Shown here: piece after piece, positions 19,307-27,832 of the stretch
How the letters are laid out: each line of letters opens with the position of its first letter
How positions within the stretch are numbered: the stretch's first letter is position 1
Source of the DNA: a virus
Direction: 5' to 3' (one strand)
Virus record (IMG/VR): IMGVR_UViG_3300025383_000010
Length of the DNA stretch: 64,000 nt
Translations under genes and position numbers: made by a program
Notes under the pieces: generated by a model
Databases searched by the model: none
What the model was told of the DNA's origin: nothing
The model's input: the letters and a program-made list of their open reading frames with translations, nothing else

Positions 19307-21577
19307 TTGCAAAACAGTCCTGAAATTGAAAACATTATTGAACGCGCCATTGAAGCAGCGAAGCAGAGGCAGCATCAATACTGCACTGTTGAACACTTGC
19401 TTTGGGCACTGGTGTCACACCCTCCGTTCAAGAAGTGTTTGAACAGCTTCAATGTTGACACTGATCTTATGACTCAGGAAATTGAATCCTATCTTAATGG
19501 GCTTCATGCAATTGAGAGCAAGGATCCTAACTATCAGCCCAAGCGCACTAATACTCTTGAGCGTGTAATGAATCGTGCAGTTACGCAGGTACTGTTCACT
19601 GGTCGTCGCCAGGTTACTACGATTGATCTTTACATGTCAATCGTTCACGAATCTAGTTCGCATGGCCATTACTTCCTGCTTAAGTATGGTGTGACTAAGG
19701 GTGAGTTTCTTGCTCACTGGCAGAAGCATTATAAAGGCGGCGACTTTGTTACTGCAATCACTGACAATCAGGCTGAGGAAATTCTTGAAGAATATACTAT
19801 CAACCTCACTAGCCTTGCTCGTGAAGGCAAGCTAGAACCTGTTATCGGTCGCAGTAAGGAAATTGATGACATCATCAATGTTCTTGCTAAGCGTTTCAAG
19901 AGTAACGTATTGATGGTTGGTGACCCGGGCGTTGGTAAGACTGCAATCGCAGAAGGCATTGCTAACGCTATTGTCAATGATGAAGTCCCTGAGTTTCTTG
20001 CAGGTTATGAACTTTATTCGCTTGAAGTTGGTTCATTGCTTGCTGGCAGTCGTTATCGCGGTGACTTTGAAGAAAAGGTCAAGAACGTCCTTGATGCATT
20101 GTCCGTGAAGAAGAATGCAATCCTCTTCATTGACGAAGCCCACACTATGCAGGGCGCAGGCTCAAGTGGTAGTAGCGGTAGCGTTGACTTCGCTAATATG
20201 CTCAAGCCCGCAATCACTAAGGGTCATCTTAAGGTCATCGCAAGCACGACTTGGGAAGAGTTTTACGAGTCGTTTGAAAAGGATCGTGCATTGATGCGCC
20301 GATTCTATCGGGTCAGCATTGATGAACCCAGCCGTGACAGCACTGTCCGTATTCTCAGTGGCCTTGCTGCTCGTTTGAATGACTTCCATGAAGTCAGCAT
20401 CACTCAGGAAGCAATTGAAGCCGCAGTTGACAATGCTGATCGCTATATCCATGATCGTAAGAACCCTGACAAGAGTATTGACTTGCTTGACGCAGCTTGT
20501 GCAAAGCAACGTGTTCTTGAAAACAAGGATGCAATTATCACTAAGGAACTGATCTTTGAACAGGTTGAAAAGTTCACTGGCGTTCCTGCTGATAAGCTCA
20601 GTGGTGATAACATGGATCGTGTGCAGAATCTTGAAATGAATGTCAAGAATAAATTGTATGGTCAGGATGAAACTGTTGACAGTGTTCTTGAACGTGTCTA
20701 TGTTTCGTTCGCAGGTATCGGCAACGATAAGAAGCCGATCGCAAGTTTCTTGTTCTTGGGCCCAACGGGCACGGGTAAAACTGAATTGGCTAAGCTGCTG
20801 TCCAAGAATCTGGATATGCCGCTTCTCAAGTACGACATGAGTGAGTATGGCGAGAAGCATAGCGTAAGCAGCTTGATTGGTCCGCCCCCGGGTTACGTGG
20901 GCTTTAGCGACTCGCAGGTGCAGGGCGGGCGTCTAATCTCAGACTTGAGCAAGAATCCTCATTCAATCCTGCTGTTTGACGAAGTTGAAAAGGCTCACCC
21001 CGATATTTTCAACATCTTCTTGCAGATGTTGGATGAGGGAATTGTGACTGGTAGTAATGGTAAGCAGGTGTCAATGAAGAACACTATTATCATTCTTACT
21101 AGTAACTTGGGCAGTGCTGATAACGAAAACAATGCTATTGGTTTCGGTAGTCTTGATAAGACTGGTGAAGAAGACAAGGCACTTAAGCAGTTCTTCAAGC
21201 CTGAGTTCCGTAATCGTCTTGATATGGTCTGCAAGTTCAATAAGCTGGATAGTCTTTCAATCAAGAAGATTGTTGTCAAGTTCGTTGAAGAACTCAAGAA
21301 GCCACTTCTTGACAAGCACAACATCACCCTCAACTTGACTGAGGAAGTTGTTGATCATCTTGCAGCAGTTGGTTACGATAGTAAGATGGGCGCTCGTCCT
21401 CTTGCTCGTAAGATTGATGAGTTGATTCGTGTTCCTCTTAGTAAGAAGGTACTGTTTGAGCGTATCAATAATGCGAATGTTATGGCTGTGATGGAAGAAG
21501 GCAACATTGCTTTCCATATTTCAGCTAAGCAAGCTGCAAGGATTGGTGACGATGGCATCATCCAAATTGAAAATTAA
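19307..21577 (+). CDS. clpA: ClpA/ClpB-family double AAA+ chaperone
   Basis: GDPGVGKT, LFIDEAH, GPTGTGKT, LLFDEVEKAHP; IGF loop (NAIGFG) for ClpP docking; TTG start after AAGGA. Confidence 0.92.
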   Translation: MQNSPEIENIIERAIEAAKQRQHQYCTVEHLLWALVSHPPFKKCLNSFNVDTDLMTQEIESYLNGLHAIESKDPNYQPKRTNTLERVMNRAVTQVLFTGRRQVTTIDLYMSIVHESSSHGHYFLLKYGVTKGEFLAHWQKHYKGGDFVTAITDNQAEEILEEYTINLTSLAREGKLEPVIGRSKEIDDIINVLAKRFKSNVLMVGDPGVGKTAIAEGIANAIVNDEVPEFLAGYELYSLEVGSLLAGSRYRGDFEEKVKNVLDALSVKKNAILFIDEAHTMQGAGSSGSSGSVDFANMLKPAITKGHLKVIASTTWEEFYESFEKDRALMRRFYRVSIDEPSRDSTVRILSGLAARLNDFHEVSITQEAIEAAVDNADRYIHDRKNPDKSIDLLDAACAKQRVLENKDAIITKELIFEQVEKFTGVPADKLSGDNMDRVQNLEMNVKNKLYGQDETVDSVLERVYVSFAGIGNDKKPIASFLFLGPTGTGKTELAKLLSKNLDMPLLKYDMSEYGEKHSVSSLIGPPPGYVGFSDSQVQGGRLISDLSKNPHSILLFDEVEKAHPDIFNIFLQMLDEGIVTGSNGKQVSMKNTIIILTSNLGSADNENNAIGFGSLDKTGEEDKALKQFFKPEFRNRLDMVCKFNKLDSLSIKKIVVKFVEELKKPLLDKHNITLNLTEEVVDHLAAVGYDSKMGARPLARKIDELIRVPLSKKVLFERINNANVMAVMEEGNIAFHISAKQAARIGDDGIIQIEN

Positions 21578-22256
21578 GCCTATTGATAGAGATAACTTGT
21601 ACTTCAACAAGTATCTCTATCGGGTCTACATTAGCGCACCTAATCTATATTGGGTGCAATATATGAATGACATTGATGAATATTGTAATAGGCTAGCAGA
21701 GGAACATGAGAACTATCTTGTAAAGAAAGATGACAAGAACTATTGGCCTTACTATAGAGAAAGATATACACCTGATCCAGTAGACTATCCTCTTATTACA
21801 CATCTTATTGATATTCGCAAAACCTACTACAAAAAGAATAAGAATATTGGTATGCGATACGAAAGTAATACTATTTGTGTCTATACTAACGAACTGCCTA
21901 TTGTAGAAAGTATTGTTGCTGTAAAACCCGATGTCAAAATCAATCAGGCAAATGTTGCTCCTAAGGGTGTTAAGTATTTCAAGAATGATCCCCCGGCTAA
22001 GTATAGAGCATATATGACTAGCAATAGAGTGCCGGCGGAATTTAGAAATGATATGCTTCAATATCTACAGAGAACACCTGATCTTCGCCCTAGTAAATCA
22101 TTTGAAACGTTCTTGAATCGTAATATGATGCATCGGTATGATATTTGGCTTTGGAATAATTACTTCCTAGATTATGACGATGACAGGAATCTTATGATGC
22201 TAATGTTGATGTTCCCCGGTGCTATTGGAAAGACGTACAAATTAGAAAAGAAATAG
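21552..22256 (+). CDS. Hypothetical protein
   Basis: Long ORF; start at ATG 21552 preferred. Confidence 0.7.
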   Translation: MASSKLKIKPIDRDNLYFNKYLYRVYISAPNLYWVQYMNDIDEYCNRLAEEHENYLVKKDDKNYWPYYRERYTPDPVDYPLITHLIDIRKTYYKKNKNIGMRYESNTICVYTNELPIVESIVAVKPDVKINQANVAPKGVKYFKNDPPAKYRAYMTSNRVPAEFRNDMLQYLQRTPDLRPSKSFETFLNRNMMHRYDIWLWNNYFLDYDDDRNLMMLMLMFPGAIGKTYKLEKK

Positions 22257-22262
22257 GCTAGA

Positions 22263-22280
22263 GATAAATACTCTATCAAA
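22263..22280 (+). promoter_or_regulatory. Late promoter GATAAATA (18-nt copy also at 37292-37309)
   Basis: GATAAATACTCTATCAAA is identical at both sites. Confidence 0.65.
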
Positions 22281-22292
22281 TGGAGTATTATC

Positions 22293-22457
22293 ATGGCTAA
22301 AATGATTGAGGATGTACTCGTTATCAAGTTGAGCAAACTTGTTAAGGACAGTGACTTAGACGATACTATTGTCACCGAGGACATTCAAACAGCACTAGAA
22401 CAAGTAGCACAGGAACTCGCTGGTAATGGGGTCTTAGTAGAGGTTGAGAGAGCTTAA
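22293..22457 (+). CDS. Small acidic protein, 54 aa (absent from the ORF track)
   Basis: MAKMIEDVLVIKLSKLVKDSDLDDTIVTEDIQTALEQVAQELAGNGVLVEVERA*; GGAG RBS; TAATG-coupled to the next gene. Confidence 0.75.
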   Translation: MAKMIEDVLVIKLSKLVKDSDLDDTIVTEDIQTALEQVAQELAGNGVLVEVERA

Positions 22458-22843
22458 TGTCTCAGCAAACTACTTTGATCCTATTGCCACAGACAGTCTA
22501 TCAAAATCCTGGTAATGGCGCGCCATATACTGTTGTTGGTAACAGTCAGCCCGCTGCCGCATACTATCTAGGCAATAAAGATTTACAAACTGTTAACATC
22601 AGTTTAACTAATTGCTCCGGCAATATCGTGCTTGAGGCAACTCTTGCATCGACTCCTGCTGACACTGACTGGTTCACTGTATATGAGCTTGAAGCTAATG
22701 CATATGCGCCAGCTAACTCAGCCCCTCAAATTGCAAGCAATGCAAGCATGTACACCAACGTTGAGGGCAACTTCGTTTATATGAGAGCGAAGGTTGAAGA
22801 TTTCAACAACGGTGGTGTAAACTACATTAAACTCAGCTATTAA
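22457..22843 (+). CDS. Hypothetical protein, probably structural
   Basis: Beta-rich; GNFVYMRAKV. Confidence 0.65.
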   Translation: MSQQTTLILLPQTVYQNPGNGAPYTVVGNSQPAAAYYLGNKDLQTVNISLTNCSGNIVLEATLASTPADTDWFTVYELEANAYAPANSAPQIASNASMYTNVEGNFVYMRAKVEDFNNGGVNYIKLSY

Positions 22844-22855
22844 AGAAAGAAGAAA

Positions 22856-23044
22856 ATGGAAAGTACAAGTTTTAAAATCAAGGCGCAACTTGACGCCTTT
22901 CTACTAGAAGACGCAAAGTTTGAAGCAGGTAATGCAGCCGCAGGTACCCGCGCTCGTAAGGCACTTGGTGAACTTGCAAAGTTGTGCAAGACTCGTCGTA
23001 ACGAAATCACCGAAGAAAAGAACGCACGTAAAGAAGCAAAGTAA
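22856..23044 (+). CDS. Histone H1-like Hc1-family small basic protein
   Basis: KFEAGNAAAGTRARKALGELAKLCKTRRNEI. Confidence 0.75.
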   Translation: MESTSFKIKAQLDAFLLEDAKFEAGNAAAGTRARKALGELAKLCKTRRNEITEEKNARKEAK

Positions 23045-23047
23045 GAT

Positions 23048-24733
23048 ATGCGCGTAATAGGTATATATCCAGGTAGATTTCATCCTTTTCACAAGGGTCA
23101 TGCTGCTAGCTTTAAGCAGCTAGCAAAGAAGTTTGGCTTGGATAATACCTATCTCGCTATCTCAGCAAAACAGGAACAGCCAAAGAGTCCATTCTCAGCG
23201 CAAGATCGCGCAAAGATGGCAATGGCTCTTGGCATTCCAAGCAAGAATATAATTGCTGTCCGCAATCCATACGCGGCTCAAGAATATATTGATCAACTGA
23301 ACCTTGATCCCGAGAAAACAGCAATTGTATTTGGCGTAAGTAAGAAGGACATGGAGGGCGATCCTAAGTTAGGTATAGCCCCTGATCCTCGCTTTAGCTT
23401 TAATCCTAAACGAGACGGTAGTCCTTCTTACTTACAGCCATATGGAAAAGATTTAGTCAAGCCAATGTCGGATCATGGTTATGTAATGTCAACTGATGTT
23501 GCAGAATTCCCTATCGCTGGCAAAACAATGCGCGATGCAAGTGCTATTCGTAAAGCATATGCAGGCGCAGATGACAAAACAAAAATGAGAATCCTTAGAG
23601 ATTTATATGGGGATGCAGCAGAGAAAATGAAGCAAGTATTTGACAATAACCTTCAGGTTACTGAGAGCATTCGCAGACTTATCAGCGCAATCAAGCCTAT
23701 GATCAGTGAAGCATCCCCTGCACAGAAGGCTAAGTTCGTTCAACTGTTGAGCGAGGCTAAATCTATCTTGACGGAAGGAGAGGTAGTTCCCTTTAAAAGG
23801 AAGCAGTCACAATACGACAAGTACGCAGATGCATTCTCTAAACAACACAATGATGAGCATAGACATGGTGTAGGATGGATTGAATGTCCGTATTGCGGAG
23901 ATGAAAACTGTGATTATGATTGTGATGGAAGTCAAGCAGATGGTCAACTAGACGAATACAACGTTCGTAAGACTAAGAAGTTCATTCAAAGAGCGCACGA
24001 TAAAGAACAAGGTCAGATGTATGGTTCAATGCCATATTCATCACACCCTAAGGCTGTAGCTGCAATTGGTAAGAAGTTCTTTGGTCCCAAGTTTACCCCA
24101 GATGCAGTTAAGGTAGCATTACTTCACGATGTTCTTGAAGATACACCTTATACTCCAGAACAACTTGCCAAGAAGGGCTTTAGTCCAGAAGTTATTGAAG
24201 CTGTACAATTATTAACCAAAGACAAGTCATTGTCCTATGCTGACAATATTCGCAAGATTATTAATAGCAAAAACCCATTAGCAATGATGGTTAAGTATTG
24301 CGACAACTACATGAACTATACAGGCGACAAATCACATTGGAGTCCTGAAAGAGCAGCAGCATCACAGAAAAAGTATCTAGCAAGTTTGAATATGCTTGGT
24401 GATGTGCTTGGTATTAAGAAGCATGTCGGTGATGAAGAAATGATAAGTGAAGCAGCCGGTACTGTTTATTCTGCTAGTATGGCATCTATCATTGAAGACC
24501 TAGGCAATGGTTATTTCCTAGGTGATGACAGCTATGATGACGATGAAGGATTCACTAAAGAAGGCTATTCAGTTTATCATCTTGAAGGACCTGATCAATA
24601 TAGATTAGTTGGTCATGTTCAGATGAGTCCATATCGCAATGAACCGGGTGCAATTGAAGCAAGTATTCAAAAGCTAATCACTACTGATCAAAACAATGTA
24701 TCCGAAAATATGGATTATTTAGAAGAAAAATAA
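23048..24733 (+). CDS. Multidomain protein: HxGH nucleotidyltransferase-like domain plus RelA/SpoT-type HD hydrolase plus extra modules
   Basis: YPGRFHPFHKGH; PYSSHPKAVA...ALLHDVLEDT...LLTKD...VKYCDNYMN. Confidence 0.8.
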   Translation: MRVIGIYPGRFHPFHKGHAASFKQLAKKFGLDNTYLAISAKQEQPKSPFSAQDRAKMAMALGIPSKNIIAVRNPYAAQEYIDQLNLDPEKTAIVFGVSKKDMEGDPKLGIAPDPRFSFNPKRDGSPSYLQPYGKDLVKPMSDHGYVMSTDVAEFPIAGKTMRDASAIRKAYAGADDKTKMRILRDLYGDAAEKMKQVFDNNLQVTESIRRLISAIKPMISEASPAQKAKFVQLLSEAKSILTEGEVVPFKRKQSQYDKYADAFSKQHNDEHRHGVGWIECPYCGDENCDYDCDGSQADGQLDEYNVRKTKKFIQRAHDKEQGQMYGSMPYSSHPKAVAAIGKKFFGPKFTPDAVKVALLHDVLEDTPYTPEQLAKKGFSPEVIEAVQLLTKDKSLSYADNIRKIINSKNPLAMMVKYCDNYMNYTGDKSHWSPERAAASQKKYLASLNMLGDVLGIKKHVGDEEMISEAAGTVYSASMASIIEDLGNGYFLGDDSYDDDEGFTKEGYSVYHLEGPDQYRLVGHVQMSPYRNEPGAIEASIQKLITTDQNNVSENMDYLEEK

Positions 24734-24790
24734 TTCCATAGCCTCTTCTCGTTGTAAATATCTTTATAGTTTACAACGAAAGAGGACCAA

Positions 24791-25702
24791 ATGGCACGTA
24801 AACCTACTACTAAGAATACCAAGAAGAATGTAGCCCCGAACGGCGAAGAACGCACTGTTCCAGTTGAACAGTTGCAGGAAATTGCTGAGCAAGCTGCACA
24901 AGAACAGGCCCCGGCTGAGGGTCAGGTTCAAGTTAACGTTGACTTCCTCCGTACAACTAAGGTGCATATTGCAATGCCTTGCTACGGTGGTATGTTGACT
25001 GAATCAACATTTATGTCATTCATCAAGTGGGCAAATACTGCTCGCCAGTTGGGCATTGACTGGACGCTTGAAACAATGGTAAATGAATCACTTATCAGCA
25101 GAGCAAGAAACACTCTGACTGCTAAGTTCCTAGACATGCCCGATGCAACACACTTGTTCTTCGTTGACGCTGATATCGGTTGGGAGCCCTGGCATTTGCT
25201 AGTCCTCTTGAACAGGGACGTTGACGTTATCGGTGGTTTGTACCCAATGAAGACTATGCCCATCAAGTGGGTTGTCAACGGGTTTGATGGTGCCGAAGAA
25301 GGTCCTGATGGTCTTCAAGAAGTTTCAAAGGCAGGCACCGGCTTCCTTCTTATGAAGAAGCATGTCTTTGAAAAGATGAACAGTCACCCAGCAGTTAAGC
25401 AGTACAAGAACGATATCGGCCTTGACCCGAAATATGATCAGCATTTGAAGACATATTTTGATACTGCTGTTCGCCAGAATCGTTACTATTCCGAGGATTG
25501 GACATTTTGCGAGAACCATAGAGATTTGGGAGGACGTATCTGGGTTGACAAGCGCGTCCTTCTTCGTCACTCTGGTTCCTACGTGTTCTGTCAGGAAAAC
25601 ATGAACTACCTCATTGAGAATATCGGTCCTATGTACCTTGAACAACAGCTTCAGGCAGGAAAGATTAAGTTAGTTGATGAGAACGGAAACGTAATCAACT
25701 AA
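24791..25702 (+). CDS. GT-A fold glycosyltransferase-like protein
   Basis: IAMPCYGG, ESLISRARN, LFFVDADIGW (DxD), GTGFLL, SEDWTFC. Confidence 0.75.
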   Translation: MARKPTTKNTKKNVAPNGEERTVPVEQLQEIAEQAAQEQAPAEGQVQVNVDFLRTTKVHIAMPCYGGMLTESTFMSFIKWANTARQLGIDWTLETMVNESLISRARNTLTAKFLDMPDATHLFFVDADIGWEPWHLLVLLNRDVDVIGGLYPMKTMPIKWVVNGFDGAEEGPDGLQEVSKAGTGFLLMKKHVFEKMNSHPAVKQYKNDIGLDPKYDQHLKTYFDTAVRQNRYYSEDWTFCENHRDLGGRIWVDKRVLLRHSGSYVFCQENMNYLIENIGPMYLEQQLQAGKIKLVDENGNVIN

Positions 25703-25707
25703 AAACT

Positions 25708-25742
25708 AGGAGGGGAGAGACAATAATCTCCCCTTCCTTTTT
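25708..25742 (+). terminator. Intrinsic terminator
   Basis: AGGAGGGGAGA-loop-TCTCCCCTTCCT followed by a T tract. Confidence 0.7.
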
Positions 25743-25804
25743 ATGAGTAGTAGTTTTCGTAAAAGGTTCTAGGAGTGATAAATAGATTATCAAAGGAGAT
25801 TGCA

Positions 25805-26542
25805 ATGTACCTGGAAAACAACTTTACTGAACAATACTATGATATTGTCAATCATGCTATTACAAGAGTTCCGCAATCTGCTTCTAGGAGAGAAGCAAAG
25901 ACCATACTAACTTATACCGAACGTCATCACATAATACCTAAATCAATGGGAGGCACCGACGAGAAATCTAACTTAGTGTGGTTAACTGCGGAGGAACACT
26001 TAAGAGTTCATTTGCTATTACCTAAAATGGTCAGTGAAGAAAAGAACATTAGGAAGATGACACTAGCTGCTGTGCGAATGGCTAATCCGCAAAGTAAAAC
26101 ACAACAAAGAATAATAGGAGATAACCTAATTCCCGAAATAGCTGCGATACGTGCGGAAGCAGCTATTCTACATAGCAAGTATATGAGCGAAAAACACAAA
26201 GGTAAAAATAATCCCTTCTACGGTCGTAAACACACTGATGAAACTAAAGAAATACAACGGGCGGCGTCTGCTAATAGAGTGATGACAGAACAGATGCACA
26301 CCAACTATAGTAATGGTAGAAAAACTTTTTATAAAAACAATCCGGATAAAAAGCCGTTGGGGAAAAATAATCCTAGATATGTAGATACTGTATATCTTTG
26401 GGAAAACATTAATACCGGAGAACAACTAACTGCTACTAGATTAGAGATGACCTCAACGTATCCGGAACTAAAAAGCAATATCAGCCAAGTTATTAATGGA
26501 AAATATAGTCATGCTAAAGGATGGAGAATAGTCAGCGGCTGA
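25805..26542 (+). CDS. HNH homing endonuclease with NUMOD3
   Basis: TERHHIIPKSMGGTDEKSNLVWLTAEEH..H; NPFYGRKHTDETK; late promoter 25777-25784 and AAGGAG. Confidence 0.85.
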   Translation: MYLENNFTEQYYDIVNHAITRVPQSASRREAKTILTYTERHHIIPKSMGGTDEKSNLVWLTAEEHLRVHLLLPKMVSEEKNIRKMTLAAVRMANPQSKTQQRIIGDNLIPEIAAIRAEAAILHSKYMSEKHKGKNNPFYGRKHTDETKEIQRAASANRVMTEQMHTNYSNGRKTFYKNNPDKKPLGKNNPRYVDTVYLWENINTGEQLTATRLEMTSTYPELKSNISQVINGKYSHAKGWRIVSG

Positions 26543-26573
26543 TAAATACTATATCACTATATAGGATTACCCC

Positions 26574-27410
26574 ATGAAGATCAATGAATTCATCAACGAA
26601 AGTACGACTGCTGGCGCTATTGCTACTGTAGCTACACCAATGACCACTCAAAAGCGCAGTGGAGTTGGTAAGGGAGTTTATGGCAACGAGAAGCCAGGTA
26701 CATTACTTACAGGTAAAAAGACAAGTAAGAAGTATGCCAACTCTGTCAATGAAAGCAAGATGAAAGAACTTGCTATTGATATTAGAGACATGGATAATGG
26801 CAACTTCCAAAAGAAGTATCGTACTAGTAAAGAACAGATGATCGCTTCACTAGGTACTCCTCCTTCATTGCGTCCAAAGTCAAAGAATGAAGTTAATGAA
26901 GCTGACTTACAAGAAGACGATTTGATTCTTGTTCCAGGTCAAGGTCATAGACTAAAGACCGGCTTTCATGCGTTTGACCCAGATAAAGCAGAGCATGAGG
27001 GTGAGACATTAAAGAATAGTCTTAGAACAATTGCACGTAATGCCAAAGAACTTCATACTAGATTAGAAAATAGTGATCAGTTTCCTGAATGGGTTAGTGA
27101 AAAGATTGGCACTATTAAGAGTATGATGACTAATGTAACTGAATATCTTATCAGTAAGCAAGAGTATAGTGAATCGGCAGGTGTTATTGCAGGTGGCGGC
27201 GTTGGTGAAAGTCAAGAACATTTTGACCATGAAATTAGCATGGCTAAGGGTGAAATGCGTAGTGCAGCCAAAGCTGCAAAGAGAATCTATCAAATGCTTG
27301 ATCAGCGTGACGAACTAATGGCATGGCAGCAAAGCTATATCACATTAGCAAGTGACTACTTAGATAGCGTTGCTGATAGTATGGAAGAAGAGGCTAAAGG
27401 AAATGCGTGA
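26574..27410 (+). CDS. Putative internal head polyprotein with two helical repeats
   Basis: MKINEFINE N-terminus; EHEGETL...EWVSEKI..I.SM...V.EY and DHEISMA...AWQQSYITLASDYLDSV; late promoter 26541-26548. Confidence 0.6.
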   Translation: MKINEFINESTTAGAIATVATPMTTQKRSGVGKGVYGNEKPGTLLTGKKTSKKYANSVNESKMKELAIDIRDMDNGNFQKKYRTSKEQMIASLGTPPSLRPKSKNEVNEADLQEDDLILVPGQGHRLKTGFHAFDPDKAEHEGETLKNSLRTIARNAKELHTRLENSDQFPEWVSEKIGTIKSMMTNVTEYLISKQEYSESAGVIAGGGVGESQEHFDHEISMAKGEMRSAAKAAKRIYQMLDQRDELMAWQQSYITLASDYLDSVADSMEEEAKGNA

Positions 27411-27831
27411 TCTTATCAATCTCTTAGAAGCAGTTGAAAAAGGTTGCCCCCGTGCCACACACGATATTAACTTAAATCTTAAGAATCGTCAAATTGCTAT
27501 TGACGAATATATGTATGGTCCTGCGAATCCAAATAAGCCTGGGTCATACTGGAAAGATATGAGCAACGTTTTTAAAGTAGACGAAGCAACCGCAAAGTCT
27601 ATGATGTGCGGAAACTGTGCTGCATTTGATGTTAGTGACAGTATGCGCGATTGCATTAGTAAAGGCATCAAAGGTGATGAAGAAAATATTGACAGTAATG
27701 CTACAATCAATCTTAGTGATTTAGGTTATTGTAATTTCTTACACTTCAAGTGCGCAGGCAGCCGCAGTTGCAAAGCATGGGTAACAGGCGGCCCTATTAC
27801 TGAAAAAGATAAAAACAAGAAGGCTGATTAA
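27403..27831 (+). CDS. Cys-rich metal-binding protein, putative internal head protein
   Basis: MRDLINLLE; CGNCAAF...GYC...FKCAGSRSCKAW. Confidence 0.65.
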   Translation: MRDLINLLEAVEKGCPRATHDINLNLKNRQIAIDEYMYGPANPNKPGSYWKDMSNVFKVDEATAKSMMCGNCAAFDVSDSMRDCISKGIKGDEENIDSNATINLSDLGYCNFLHFKCAGSRSCKAWVTGGPITEKDKNKKAD

Positions 27832-27832
27832 T

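Noticed and set aside
20162-20860. 232-aa minus-strand ORF and other antisense ORFs in clpA
   Set aside because: Antisense shadows with no motifs, fully inside a strongly supported gene
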